A stretch of 64,000 bases of DNA from Catajapyx aquilonaris (GCA_000934665.2 KZ538063.1:124001-188000); one strand, 5' to 3'; shown: positions 13,251 to 27,198, counted from the stretch's first letter. A program made the numbers and translations. Notes: generated from the letters alone by a model not told the origin.

Positions 13251-14015
13251 CTGGTTTAGTCCGGGCTTAGATCTAGTCCCAGACAAGGTGAGCTGAGGTT
13301 GAACCTAGGTCGCTTTTTATAGTCCACACTATTCTAGGGCTAAATGGATTTAAGCTAATGCTGCACTTCGGAATAAGCATTTTAAAAGTCTAATCCCGCC
13401 AGATTAAAAATTTTAGTTGGTCATTGGTCAATCGATCCGGGATCGAGTGATCCGGATCCCAGCCTTAGCCTGATCTCCCTTTCAGCCCCGCCCCTACATA
13501 AACCTCTTTGGTCCCCGTGCCCCCCGGTATGACTCCAAACAGCACACAAAGTGATTACTGACCAGCCTCTCCCGTAATAGCGTTTGATCCCATCCTAAAT
13601 TCCCCATCTAGCCACCTAAAAAAAGCGGCGATTCCTCCAGCTTTTGCTACAAAAAGCAACAGCCCATGATACAAACGGAATGGATGACAACGGAGGGAAA
13701 AGCAAGCGCGTGACTTGATCCCTTTCATCCGGTAGGGTAGGCATACACTGCGGCATGCCTTGGCAATGTGTCCCTAGCTATTACAATAAAAGCAGCATAG
13801 AGCGATATGTAAGTGGCTGGTAGGATTTTACAAATGGAATATCTTATGAAACTCCTGCCATTTCTGGAGTCCCCATCAATAAATAAATACTACGAAAAAA
13901 ATAAATACTACCATTAGCTCTTGATACTACCAATAAATATTAACAGTTAACCATATTAAGTAACTAATAATCAACAGAAATAAAATATAAAAAGCTATTA
14001 ATAATATTAACATAA

Positions 14016-14063
14016 CCTCCTGAGACCCGGAGTACAGTATACTGTACCAGGGGTCTCAGGAGG
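14016..14063. mobile_element. 48-bp palindromic mini-element, piggyBac-like
   Basis: ATAA|cctcctgagaccc..gtacagta|tactgtac..gggtctcaggagg|ATAA. Confidence 0.55.
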
Positions 14064-14880
14064 ATAACTAATAATGACGATTAATATATTAATTGCAATG
14101 ATATATTAATAAATGTATGTTAATTTTGATAATAAATCAATATAAATTATATACAAATAAAACATCCCGATATTACATGTAACAAAATTGGTATAAATTG
14201 GCACAAAACATCCTACAATAGAGGGGATGGAAGTGTCATGGAATGAATCAGCCATACATTGTGAGGCAGCATTGTATTCTTTTGACGAGAAGTTTGCATT
14301 ATTACTCGAAGCATCTTGTCCTCGACCAGTGTGCATAAATAAGGCCCGGGAACAGCCAGTTCAGGTGTGGGGGTGTTAGTAGCAGAGTTTGGCAAAGTGG
14401 AAGGGGGGCAATTCTCAAGAGGGATATGCTAACCTGCATAACCTCCCTTACTTACTCCTTGCCAACTACTGCTCCTTCCCCCCAAAAAAAACATTAAAAA
14501 AAGAAGAAAAAAACGAAGAGGAAAGTGCGGCCCAAGTCATGCCCTAGCAATTTTCTAAGACCCAGCTTGGATATTAGGCAGCAGAAGCAGCGGCGGGGTG
14601 AATCTCAACTTGGGCTAGGGGTAAAGGAGTCTGAATAATTGCCAACGGGGGCCCACGGTATTAGCCTCGTTTTAAAGACATGAGAGGGAGAGAGATTTGC
14701 GCCAGCCAACTGACATGCGCTTCTTACGTGTCTTACCAGCTGGGGGATTATTAGGCCCCGCTGCCGCCTGCCTATCCTATATAGCTCCTCGTAGCTCTTA
14801 AGACGAGGAACAAAATCACGTTATGCGAAGGAGCAACAATGTGAACAAAAAATATGATTTTACATAGTTCTTTTCACCAG

Positions 14881-14971
14881 GACGGTCCACGTAGTACCAC
14901 ATCCCTTCCATAGATGGCGAATACTGCCACTCTCAGGGTCGTGCGAGTGGTGGTGGTACTGCACGCACCTA
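14881..14971 (+). mobile_element. Family A repeat copy
   Basis: gtccacgtagtaccacatccc..catagatggcgaa..tactgccactctcagggtcgtgcgag..tggtactgcacgcaccta. Confidence 0.85.
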
Positions 14972-15702
14972 CTGTACAAACAGATTCTCAAGCCATTTCT
15001 ACATAAATTACTGTACATTTTATGGCGCCGCAGGGCAACGAACGTTATTTTGGCTCTGCCATGGCGAGATGCTCCTCAATTTCGTCACATATAGGAAAGA
15101 TCTTCCTCTGACTGATTGGTCACAACGTATTAAGTGCAATTCTGACCAATCACGACACCCCCTGCCCCCTTTAATGCGTCTTTTAGCTCCCCCTCTTTTT
15201 CCTAAAATATGACGGTTGGGTTTGGGTGGGTGGAAGGGGGGGGGGGGCGTAATACCGTCGGCAAAATTTACTGATTTGGTCCTCTTGCTCGATATTCCCC
15301 GGTTGAATTATTCCTCTTTTTGATCCGGTGCTTATAAGCGTGTGCTTGGGTGGGTGGGTGGGAGGCAGAAGGGGGAGGGGGGAGGGCTGGCTTTAATTTC
15401 GTTGCGCAGTAATTTATAAACTGCCCCTGGGAGTGTCTAATTAGGCGGCGTTTTAATTAGTTTCAAAAGAACGTATGTAGTCGAAATGAAGACAGGACGG
15501 TGCGCCACGTAAAAGTCACAAAAAAAGTATTTCAAAAATAAGCAGAAATATTAAGCGGGAGTTATTCTGGACGGTGCTGCCACAGGCGGAAGAAACGTCT
15601 AAAAAGCGACACAAAAGCGTTTTAAAATGTGTGACACTAATTCGGAGTAATGCAAAGCCGATACAATGGGTCTCTTTCGATGGCTCTTTACGAGAATACC
15701 CT

Positions 15703-15810
15703 AAACTTGGCAACACTGCCTCTAACTGCAACCTAGTACCATACGTCTCACATAGATGGCGAATCATTACTCTGCACACTTCTGCCACTCTCAGGGCTAT
15801 GGGGTTGGTT
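15703..15810 (+). mobile_element. Family A repeat copy
   Basis: aaacttggcaacactg..tagtaccatac..ctcacatagatggcgaatc..tctgcacacttctgccactctcaggg. Confidence 0.85.
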
Positions 15811-16250
15811 ACATATTGTTATTAGTTACTTTAGTTACATTGTTACCAGTTACTTTAGTTACATTGTTACCAGTCACTTTAGTTACATTGTTACCAGTTA
15901 CTTTATAGTCAGTTATTATTAGTTATTATTTCATTATCAGTTACTTTAGTTAGTTATGATTTCATTGTCAGTAACTTTAGTTAGTTATGATTTCATTGTC
16001 AGTAACTTTAGTTAGTTATGATTTCATTGTCAGTAACTTTAGTTAGTTATGATTTCATTGTCAGTAACTTTAGTTAGTTATGATTTCATTGTCAGTAACT
16101 TTAGTTAGTTATGATTTCATTGTCAGTAACTTCAGTTAGTTATGATTTCATTGTCAGTTACTCTAGTTAGTTATGATTAGTTATTATTGCATTGTCAGTT
16201 ACTTTAGTTAGTTATTACTTAGTTATGATTTCATTATTAGTTGCCTGTTA
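15811..16250. repeat. Minisatellite: 24-bp units followed by 31-bp units
   Basis: (ttactttagttacattgttaccag)n then (tttcattgtcagtaactttagttagttatga)n. Confidence 0.92.
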
Positions 16251-16663
16251 AAGTTATTAAAAGTGAAAATGATGCCAGCATTTTGTTGACGTCAATTCAA
16301 CTTTTAATAATTTTGCTGGGTATAGCTATTTCAAACATGACTTATTAAAGTGGTAATCAGCGGACTCTGGTAATTTCTCTTGCATCGGCTGGCAACACAA
16401 TTATTTTTACATATAGTGTAGGTTGCGGCGTTATTTTTTTCCGGGGCCTGCCGGAATGAAAGTGGTCCAAAGTTAGCCTCCACCTAGCCCAGGGCAGTCA
16501 TCATCAGCACGCTCCATTATTCTCCAGGAAACACTCTGACCTCGACAACAACAAAAAAATTTAATCATAATGGAGGCCCAGCTCGCTTTTGAAACACGAT
16601 ACAACAATACCCCGGAACCTATATACTCTTCAATAGCAAGCATATTCCCCCCCCCCCCCCCCC

Positions 16664-16863
16664 NNNNNNNNNNNNNNNNNNNNNNNNNNNNNNNNNNNNN
16701 NNNNNNNNNNNNNNNNNNNNNNNNNNNNNNNNNNNNNNNNNNNNNNNNNNNNNNNNNNNNNNNNNNNNNNNNNNNNNNNNNNNNNNNNNNNNNNNNNNNN
16801 NNNNNNNNNNNNNNNNNNNNNNNNNNNNNNNNNNNNNNNNNNNNNNNNNNNNNNNNNNNNNNN
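16664..16863. other. 200-N assembly gap between poly-C and poly-G tracts
   Basis: Run of N flanked by a C17 run and a G8 run. Confidence 0.98.
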
Positions 16864-18434
16864 GGGGGGGGAGATTGTTTGTCGCTCTTGATTGGCGGGA
16901 GGTAATCGATAGTATCGTCGCGATTAGTATGCCACTCAACGGAGGGAAAGGAGTCGAGTGAATAAACAGGCAGAGAAAGAGCCTTTTATTCAAGTGGATG
17001 CTGCCATGTCCAGATGCCTGGTGCTGTAGCTATAGTTTAATATCAAAATGTTTAATTTAAAACAACGAATGAAATTATTTTATCATACATTATTGTATGC
17101 ACTGTTATTATCTTAAGCTATTGTAGACTATGCACTGTTATTATTATCCTAAATTATAATGTATATCTTAATATCTTAAATATTATTATTTATATATTGT
17201 CTATCGTAAATAAAAGCAGGTGTTCGAGAACAATGGATTAGACCGGAAGTGAGCTGTCAACGAGTGATTGATGACCCATTGTCTCTTAACGCCCCTTTTT
17301 ATACTACTAATTTTGTGTTAGTTTTATTCATTAATATAATAATAATATAATATAATAACCAACATAAAACACGATTAAAATAAATAATTGCTAAAATAAA
17401 TTATCATTAAAACAACCAATATATCACAAGCAAACAATCCGTAAAAAGCTACATAGGCCTACATTAAAATAATTGTTAAATAAATTAAAGAAATATTTAA
17501 ACAATGTTAGAAGTTACTAATATATTGGCAGAGGTGGTGATCAGAGTTATTCTGTCGAGGGCAACAATAGTTCGATTTTAGCTACACCTAGATGCACTTA
17601 ATTAGAGTAATGGCAACCCCCGTTATGATCAGCATCACACTTTCCTTCCGCCCTCCCGTACCCGATTGGCCCACCGGGGTGCGAGGGTTCCAATTACAAA
17701 GATTGGGGGGTCCTGCCTCGGAGGAGCCCCTGGGGTTGAAACATGGCTCAGGCAAAGGCGGCACTAATGGTGACAAATAGTGGGCCCACCCTCTTCGGAG
17801 AGAGGAAAAGGAGAGGGGCTGCGCGATTCCTCAAACCTTCAAGATATTCTCAGGAATGCGCTTGGTCCTCCACACCCGAATAGGAAGCGCTTAAAGACAC
17901 ACCAGAAACCATTTTGCAGCGTTAATGATGGAGAAGAGAGCATACCCTGCCCCCCCCCCCCTTCCCCCGCCATCACAAAATGTCACAAAGATAATCCCCT
18001 CCCTTTCCCTCCCCGATAAGACACACTTGTCTTCCCCCCCTTGGGCTGCTTAAGAGCTCCGCCATTATCATTAGGCGTGTCATCCTTGGGGCCTTCGGAA
18101 ATGAAAATGGCCACCGAAAAGAGGCCACTCCTCACTGCACATCCGACCAATGGTGGAGCAACCTACAAAATATAAGAAACCGAGCGGAAAACTGAGGTTC
18201 ATCTCTCCCAGCCTGGCCATATATAGGATCTTCCCAAGAAAATTATGGCCGCCTCCGTTTTTTACTCTTCCTATTGACACGTTTATGCCCGGGTCTTACG
18301 GTGAGGCTCACTCAGAGTTATGGGGGTTAAACCGTGGAGATGACGGAACGTTAACGGAGATATGTGACCTGGTAACCTTGCAAAAAATACGTGATTTACG
18401 GGGCTGCATCAGCGATATCACAAAATGAGCTCCA

Positions 18435-18504
18435 GTGGTACCATAGGCCGCACATAGATGGAGCTCATACTGGGGTCGTGGTGATGATGACTTACCCCGG
18501 ACAA
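18435..18504 (+). mobile_element. Family A repeat, deleted copy
   Basis: gtaccata..cgcacatagatgg..ggggtcgtg..tgatgacttaccccggacaa. Confidence 0.65.
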
Positions 18505-19138
18505 TCTCAGACTCTGATTTCTGTATACCATTTGAAAAGTGTCCTCCTTCCAACTGCCGGATGCTTAAGCTTAAACCCAGCACCTCGTATATCTCCATCT
18601 GTGCAGCAACATTTCGCGCAATAAACTTTTGGAGGGGGGGTAGGCCCGGCGGTGCAAAGTTGCTTCAAAGTGGAGCGGAAGGCAAATCATCTCCTCTACC
18701 GACACAACTTGCCGGGGCCCTACATCTGCTTGGAATCCGGGGGTATATAGCCTAAGACAGTCCCCGGTTTAACCCACACAAAAAAATAAAAAGTGTTGCT
18801 CGTCCTACCGTGGTTAATACCAAGCATTTGCCAAGTGCGTCTCCAGCAAAGCGAGCCTTTCATTTGTTATTATTATTGTTCCAGACTGCGTGCTGCTTGC
18901 ACACTGTTATTCCTCCGGGCGACACAGAACAGTTTCTCCGGAGTCAAATCCAGCCACAAGTTAGCTCCTAATAGACCGGAATTTAGGACCGGAAACTTGC
19001 TCAACTCCTACAGCAAATAGACCCAGCTTCTATATAGACGAGAACAAGTCATGAAGTTACAGCCATTCTTGAAGCAAGAGACTATATAGTGACTAACATC
19101 TGGTATATTTCAAGCGAACTTGGGTAAAACGGAAACGA

Positions 19139-19447
19139 GTTACCATGGCAAATTGACAAAGCCACAATAACGTTCGTTGCTCTGCGCCGCACAAGACAGA
19201 CAGCATTGTTGGCGGATACACAACCCAAAATAAGCGCACAGGTCTCGACGCTCGGAACTAGAATCAGGCAATGCGACGTACCGTGCCTGGCAGGGCTATA
19301 AGACGGAAATCACTGGTGCGGTCACACAAAGGACATACAGATGACACCAACTCGCAATTGATTATCCGGCAAATGCGACGTACCGTGCCTGGCAGGTCAC
19401 AAGACAGTACTGGTGCGGTCACCCAAAAGACATAAGATGACATCAAC
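19139..19447 (-). mobile_element. Family H interspersed repeat with duplicated end segment
   Basis: gccacaataacgttcgttg..gcgccgcacaagac..taagcgcac; atgcgacgtaccgtgcctggcagg occurs twice (19271, 19373); homologous to 41617, 43080, 52005. Confidence 0.85.
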
Positions 19448-20379
19448 AAAAATATTCATTTATATACGTCCTATAGGGCCGCCCAGGGAGCGCAAATATT
19501 CATTTCTGCCTTCTGAGGAAAGAACTTTTCATTTACCTTGCGCCATGATGTCTCAATATTTCGGATGGATTATAACCATGCCGGCAGCCACTTTGGTCCA
19601 AACACTGTACCAATAATAACCAGACGCGCTTTTCCAAATGAGACCAAATGAACCTCCATCGAAGGGAATGACGTTAACCAAAATTATTCGTCCGATTGGG
19701 GGGGAGGAAAATCCAAAAAAATAAAAGCTCCAAAAATGAAGTCTCCGTCGCTCCAACTCTCAAAACTTTGCGCGTACATTTTTCCTGCTCTCTCATCATT
19801 CCCGAAGCATTCAATAAAAATCGGCCTTTTTGTGTTAATATTGGCAGAGTTGGCTGAAACAACGGGGAAAATTTTTTATCGCTGTTTCTCTCTGGCAAAA
19901 ACCTTGTTCAAAAGACTTCAATTGCGTTCCCCTCACTCTCATGTAATTTTCAAAAAAAAAAACTCAAGTTGACTGCAATGCGGGTCAAACGCTAGATTCT
20001 TTTTGGGCGCATAATATCAAAGGATTCGGGCTCAAACATATCGAGGTTCACTCACCTTTTCACCACTTAATTAATCCGGACGCGTGACCGGATCAAATAT
20101 TACATTGTTGCAAAGGTGTGTCAAAAATTTTGATCCATTTTTCAGCCCCCTTTGTTGGCCATCCCCAAGGCGAAGTATACCATTTCTGCCTGACACCATC
20201 AGGAGATATGATCAGATGATAAAAGACAGGCTAAAACCGGATAAAACGCTGCCATGTATACTGTACAGAGTACAGAGACAATACAATGTATTATTGCAAT
20301 AATTAATGACGCTGTTTTACTCAACCATTGTTCTGTACCAAGCTCAAAACAGTCGATATTCAAAGCATACACCTAATTT

Positions 20380-21010
20380 TAGCAGCTAATATTATGACAA
20401 GAATTCGAGTATCAGTTAAAATGACATTAATAATATAAGCAGCGTTAAATATTAGCTGAAATATTAGTCTACATTAAAGGCAAAGTTTGTCGGTATGTCC
20501 CATGTCCATCCTCCTGGCATCCTATAATTATGCTAGTATTATAATGCAGCAACGATATAAGCTACAAACATTATTATGAGCGTTATTAGCTATATTATAA
20601 AAGCAGTTATTGTCCAAACAAAATATATTATACGCAGCGTTTCATCTTAAATATAAGAAAAGCATCACCGTTATTAATTAGTGACAAAATTAATATTAAG
20701 CAGCTTCATTAGTAACACATAAAATATAAGCAGCTTTATTAGCTACAAATATTAGAATGAGCGTTATTAGCTATATTATAAAAAGCAGTTACTTACCAAA
20801 ATATAATTATTATACGCAGCGTTTCATGTTAAATATAAAAAGCACCGTTATTAATGAATGACAAAATTAATATAAGCAGATTTATTAGCTACAGATATTA
20901 TTTATAACATATAAGCAGCGTTTTTAGCTGTAAATGTTATAATATAAGCAACGTTAGTAATCAATCGCGTTAACTGTAGCTCTTAGTTGACATAAATATT
21001 AGCTTCTATA
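20380..21010. repeat. AT-rich degenerate array (AATATAAGCAGC units, ~180-bp duplication)
   Basis: atgagcgttattagctatattataaaa at ~20577 and ~20757. Confidence 0.8.
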
Positions 21011-21979
21011 ATAATTAGGTTGGGTAGACGAATTTATGCAAAATTTCGCGCATAAAAGAAGTCATTTAAGTGGAAAAAATTAGCGGAAAAATTAAGTGAA
21101 AATTACAGTTTCCTCGCGGGTGGAAGAAAATTGCGAATATTTTTTGCACATCGACTGTTTAAGTGGAAATTGACTGAAGACGTGTTAATCCATGCTCGTA
21201 ACTTTTCATCCATCGACATGTGCCAACGTCGCGTCACCTTTAGGAAGGTAATTGCAACTATTAGATTTTTTTCAGAGTCTCTTAAGCGTTAAAAATAGCG
21301 CCGTGCAAAAAAATGAAATTTTGCACCTTTACAGGGGGGGNGGGGGGAGAGAGAAAAAAAAGTGCTGAGAAAGTGCATAGTGGATCAATTCCGCTCAAAG
21401 CCTTGAAGGTGGATAATTCAGTTCTCCTTCTCTTCCTCTTCCCCTTTTCTTCGTCCCTTCTTTCGCACACACTTTTTCTTTCGCGAATCTTGAAGCGCTA
21501 AGAAAATGGGGACATTTGGATTCGGGCGTTTGAAGAGAGTTTTGCCAACGGGGTCTCATCATCAGCAAGCTTCGCCCTCCTCCTTTGCAAGCTTTATTCC
21601 AAGGACTTGCACGCCTCGCAAACTATACCTCTCGGCGCTATTTTACCCCTCCCCAACCCCCCCTCCCTCCTACCTCACTTTTGCATCATTCGCATTCAAG
21701 TGCTACAATGTCACGTTGCGCATCAATCCACTCACAAGCTCGCGATTTTTTTTTCACTCTTCTAAAGCGCTCGCGTCCAACAACAAATCACGGGACTCAA
21801 AAGTTTTCTTAACTCGAGAGTAGACTCAGCCATAACTCATTTCCCTTCTGACAACATAATTGCTAATTAACGCTTACCTAACGCTGGGATCTAAGCCAGG
21901 AAATTCTCATTAGATGGGAATTTTTTTGGGGGAAAAATACGTACTTGTTTAGTCCGTTTTTTTGGCTGATTTCTTTTAA

Positions 21980-22065
21980 AAGGGCGGTTTGTTGGGTGGC
22001 TACTCGGGGATTAATAATTTTCGCCAGGGTTGGTGGTTCGAATCCGGGGGGGAAATTATTTTCAA
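21980..22065 (+). mobile_element. Possible degenerate tRNA-derived SINE head
   Basis: Pol III B-box GGTTCGAATCC at 22035-22045; A box not clear. Confidence 0.3.
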
Positions 22066-22199
22066 TTTTTTGCATTATTTATTTGCTCATTTCTTATAAA
22101 TATAGGTAGGCCTATAGATAAATTATTAAACATTCACTCGATAGTTTTATATATTTTAATATAAATTTAGTATTAATTATTATTAAATAATGAATTATA

Positions 22200-22555
22200 C
22201 TGGGTGATCAAACTTTTTTGTGTTTTTAGTTATTGACAAATTCAGCCTAAGCTGCTTATATTTTAGCCCGTTACCTGGCAACCCCGTCCGGCGGGCCTAT
22301 TCGAACATCAGCCCCATGGAGAGCGCTTCCATTGTTGCCACTGTTTACAAATCGAGTGAGTGAGTGCGCAGGCAGAAGCTGGGTCGTCTGCGTCACTCAC
22401 TCGACTTGTAAACAGTGGCAACAATGGAAGCGCTCTCCATGGGCAGATGTTCGAATTGGCCCGCCGGACGGGGTTGCCAGGTAACGGGCTACAATATAAG
22501 CAGCTTAGGCTGAATTTGTCAATAACTAAAACGACAAAAAAGTTTGATCACCCTG
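22200..22555. mobile_element. MITE family D: 356-bp almost fully palindromic foldback element, TA TSD
   Basis: TA|ctgggtgatcaaactttttt...aaaaaagtttgatcaccctg|TA; arms of ~170 bp pair across nearly their whole length. Confidence 0.93.
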
Positions 22556-24069
22556 TATATGTTCAATTAAGGAGGTAAATACTTCCCTCTTATATAATTA
22601 TACAAGTTGTTCCAGTTTCGTGGGTCACTTTTTGATAACTGATATTACCCAATAGCTGCTATTTTTTGTAGCTTATTGCGCCCCTAACCATATGCCCCAT
22701 TCTATAACTACTGCTATATTCGACCCATTTTTATATTATATATGCAGATTAAATTTTCATTATTAATTAATTATAATTAAGTGCAATTAAGAAAGTCAAT
22801 ATTTTCTTATAATTTATAGCGTATATTTGCTTCTGTTTGTTTCCACGGCATGAAATCGTGTCAAGGTAGGTGGTTCTAATCCCGTCAGGCGCTGTTTTTC
22901 TCCCACAATTTTTTCCTCCAGCAGCCATGAGCATAACCATTTATCTTTTCCCACCAACATCTCCAGCTATCCCAGGCTATAAATTGGGCTCGAAGCTACA
23001 GCCCTTCCCAGAATGAGGAATTATCCGAAATAGATCTAGAGGTGATCCGGTGTATGTTAGGAAGAGCGATCGATCCCCCCCCTAGGTTGGTCGGAAGCAA
23101 TCAGGCCTCACTCGCTGCCAGCTAATCGCCTTCCAATCAACGATCTATCTATCTATCTATCTATCCCCCAAATGCAGGATCCGAGAAGGCAAAGCATCTC
23201 TCTTTATTTTGTGTAGTGACGTCACAACTCCGGGCCATATCTTATCTTCAGGCAAACATTAATCTGCCTCCTGCTGGTGGTGGGGGGGGGNAGAATAATT
23301 TGTACCCGCTTTTGCAGCCTCCCAAAACTTCCAATTAGTCTCAAGGCCGCAGAAGCGATAATAAACCACTTCCAAAACAATACTCTGCTCGCACAGCTAA
23401 ACTTTTCCAGCTCCATTTGTTATCATTGTCTTGCCTATACAAAGAGGCGATGGAAGTGCCGTAAGATATACTTCTAACAATAATTATGAGTCACTCAACT
23501 GGGACGTCAGATACTCAGCTGTGACGTCAGACATCCAACTCTGACGTCACTCGAACTTTTTTTTTCTCCCGGAATATTTTGGATTAAAATTTTCCTCCAA
23601 CCTAAATTGAACAAAAGGGGGGCATGCTATTTGGTTCCTAAAATGAGATGCAAATTGACCAGAGGAATAAGATGCTTCGGACTTTCCGTCCATTTTTAAT
23701 TCCAACGCAAAATGTTCCCAACAGGCCCTCTATATAGAGATGAGTCTTTTTATTCCTTTTTCCAACATACACCCCGCAAAAACTGGTAATTTCTCCCTCA
23801 AAAAAAATCGCAATTTTTTGTGTATCCCGCAGCGTTATACGAGGCAATGAGCTACTCACACTGCCCAAAATTGCGTTTAGGACCGGTCCTATTCGTCGCT
23901 TAAATGCTGGGAATGAGAAACAATTTGACCAATCCCCCCACCAATTTTGTGAAGCCAAAAGTCTGCACCAATAAGCTGCTTATAGCCTACTGTATTATAT
24001 CAAAATATTAGCTATTAATATTGGATCGAATTAATTTTTTTGAAAGAACATTGGAAGGTGTACTATATA

Positions 24070-24266
24070 GGGTATAATGTAGATCGGGTCAGTATCGTAT
24101 GCCAACATCGGCCCAACACCGGATGCCAACGTCGGCCCGACGTGACAAAAGTTAACCGTTTTACATTGGCCCGACATTGCTCCCCAACATTGGCCCAACA
24201 TCGCTCCCCAACATTGGCCCGGTGTCATTCGCCGACATCGGGCCGACGAAGTGTCCTACCTGGGTA
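24070..24266. mobile_element. Non-autonomous element remnant with GGCCCAACAT internal repeats
   Basis: ccaacatyggccc(a/g)ac repeated ~6 times at ~21-22 bp; ends ctacctggg|TA. Confidence 0.55.
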
Positions 24267-24870
24267 TACCACGCAGGTCTGTAGGCTTACTAATAAGCGA
24301 CTTATATTATTTCAAAATATTAGTTTCAAATATTAGGTGTTTTTTTCGAAGCAATTTACTGCCACACGGGTCTACTAATAATCGGCTTATGTTATAGCTA
24401 AATATTAGCTTTTAATATTAGGCTGATATTTTTAGAGAGAACCTTGCAATAAGGGTATAGTACCACGCAGCAGGTCTAGAGCAGTTTTGGCTTGGAGTCG
24501 GAATAAAATTGCATTAAAAGTTTCAAAAGCATTATCTCGGGCGCAAAACTCGTGGGAGAGACTCATTATCATACGGAGCTATTACCGGAGGGAGGGAGGG
24601 AGGGAGGGAGGGAGGGAGGGAATGCTTGGGGAGAGGAAGAAGCCTTCTCTGCTGTGCCTGACTTGCTTCATGGAGAGATTTTCGTGAGGAAAAAAAGGCA
24701 TCTATCTGTCTCTGGGTTGGTTCTGGGAAGGTTGGCTTTCTCTGTCTTTTTTTAAGGCGCTATTCAACATGGTGGAAAGTGACATCAAATGGTGGCCAAA
24801 CCGACATTTTCTGCTCCAGGACTCTATGCATGTCTGGAATGGTGATATATTAAAGGTAGTATCCATATTT

Positions 24871-24921
24871 GACGTAGTATAAAATATCTCACATAGATGG
24901 CGCATTGTTGATGCGGACAGA
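24871..24921 (+). mobile_element. Family A repeat, heavily deleted copy that retains the motif
   Basis: acgtagtat..atatctcacatagatggcgca..gcggacaga. Confidence 0.6.
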
Positions 24922-25359
24922 GTCGCAGAGCCAATTCTGTATGAGCTGTAATTATTTTACATCTTTTGGGGCCATAAAAATTTCGAGCCAAACTTTAAGA
25001 GGAGCAAACTTTAATGGGATTTTTTTTTCTCTCTCTCTATACCATTTCTGCCACCCCATTGCTTTTATCGGGAGCATTAATCGCTGCTATAATTTCGGTC
25101 TACATGTCTCCTCCTCCTGTAATAGGCGTGTGCAACTCCCCCCTTCTCCTAACACCCTCTTCCAACCTGAGGGCATGCGAAATCTGGAAGCCTCACAGCC
25201 TCACTATTCAGGATTACAAGAAAGTTCTCCACTCTTTTTTTTTACCTATACACGTACACGATCTTCCTCTCTTTCCTGAAAAGGAGCCACCAAAAATAAG
25301 TCATCTTTAACGTCGCAGTTAGCCTATGTGAGCAGAGTGGGACTTAGCAGTTGATCCCG

Positions 25360-26575
25360 CAGGAGTCGAAAATAGCAGTTGTATCCTAAGGTGAAAATAG
25401 CAGTTGTATCCTAAGGTGAAAATAGCAGTTACATGCCCAATGTGAAAAATAGCAATTACGAGCAACCGGTTGCAACTTAGCAGCTAACTACAGACGAAAA
25501 TAACAGTGATATAAGCGTCAAATAGCTGTTATGATTGAGTCAAAATAGCAGTTACGTACTATACCTGTCACTAAAAGGTTTGGCCGAAAATGAAGGGATA
25601 CCTCGGGCAAAAAATGGCCAAAACTTTTTGTGATAGATTCGATTGTACGTATACGTATGTAGGCCTACAATATACAGGGTGGTCCAAGTTCAAGTGTCGT
25701 TTTATAACGGCGATTAATAGCAGTGATTTTGCGATGACGTAGCAGCGACGCGTAAAATGTCCCATTTCGGCGCATCTTCGGCGCAATCGAAGTGGACAAT
25801 TTTACACGTCGCTGCTACGTCATCGTTAAGCGCTTCTATTAATCGCCGTTATAAAACGACACTTGAACTTGGACCACCCTGTATTATAGTTATTTATATA
25901 TTTATATATTTATATATTAAGTTATATGCGCAGGGAGTTAAAATGATTGACGGTACCCAGTATATGAAAATAAAAATAGCTGTTACATAGTCAAACCAGA
26001 ATAGCGGTTACGCAAAGGCAAAAATAGCCGTTATCCGCACGATGCGGAAAATATCAGTACCGTGTACAGTCGAAAATAGCAGTTATATGAGGGTCAAGTA
26101 GCAGTTATATGAGAGTCAAGTAGCAGTTATGATGGGTCAAAATAGCAGCTATATTCGCAACATGGAAAACAACAGCGATGTGCACAGAGGGTTAAATTAT
26201 CGGTACAAAAAGGTAAAAAATAGCAGTTATATGTGCACAGTAGAAAATATAAGTTACATTAAGGTCAAAGTAGCAGTTATATGTGCATCAGTGCATAATT
26301 GACAATATCAGTTACACTATGGTCAAAGTAGCAGTTATATGTATAATATGGAATACTGCAGCTATATGCACAGGGGGTTACATGATAGGCGCATAACGGA
26401 CAAAATAAGATGTCATATAGTCGTCCTAGCGGTTACGCAAATGTCAAAAATAGCGGTTATAATTATGTACAGAGACGAAAATAACAGTTACATGTATATC
26501 TACAACGCGGAGGCGGATGGTGTACGTTGTCTAAATTAGCAGCTACTTGTCCCGGAGTTGAAAATAGCAGTGACT
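25360..26575. repeat. Degenerate AAAATAGCAGTTA array interrupted by MITE E
   Basis: More than 15 copies of aaaatagcagtt / aagtagcagtta, with local 25-bp and 21-bp tandem units. Confidence 0.8.
25675..25881. mobile_element. MITE family E (CAGGGTG termini, TA TSD), palindromic
   Basis: TA|cagggtggtccaagttcaagtgtcgttttataacggcgattaatag...ctattaatcgccgttataaaacgacacttgaacttggaccaccctg|TA. Confidence 0.93.
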
Positions 26576-27198
26576 GGGCTGAAGGCAATGAGTAGAGTAG
26601 TAAATAGCGCTTTGTCGAGGGGGTTGCGGATGAGTATGTTTCCTCCCGTCCAATTGGAAAATAGAATTCATCTCCTAATGCACCGGCTCCTCAGCAAAGC
26701 TCTCTCTATCTCTCTATACTTGCTGGGAAGAGAGGGAGGGATGTGGGGGAAGGCGGGCTGGGAGGGAGGGAGGGAGGGATGAATAAAACCCTTGGCTGGT
26801 GAGAGCAAACTCTGGCAGAGCGGGGGACTCAACTTGGACTGTTTACAAAACACCGCCGAGCCTTTCGCAACTGCACAATAAGTTAATTATTGCCTCCTCC
26901 TCCTCCTCCTCCTCCTCCCCTTCCCTCCCCTTCCCTCCCCTCCTCTCTCCCCGCAACACAGAAAGTCGCGTGCCTGTAAATAACTTTCCAGCTTCAACAA
27001 TGCGTTTTAGTAGCAGACAAATGGAATTATCAAACGGCGTTGGCACTCCGCAACCAGGTCTGCCAACTACGGTCCACTCCTTGGTCACTATGCCCACTGT
27101 TGCCAGAGCTTGCATCACCCGATCCACTCATTACTTACTGCAAAAGGTTTATGAATCAAATACTTGTTCCAATATTATTAACTAATCAACCCCTTGTC

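Noticed and set aside
16570..16993. ORFs spanning the N gap
   Set aside because: Open only because of undetermined bases.
23503..23550. Three GACGTCA (CRE-like) sites at ~19-20-bp spacing
   Set aside because: Most simply a short local tandem triplication; no other support.
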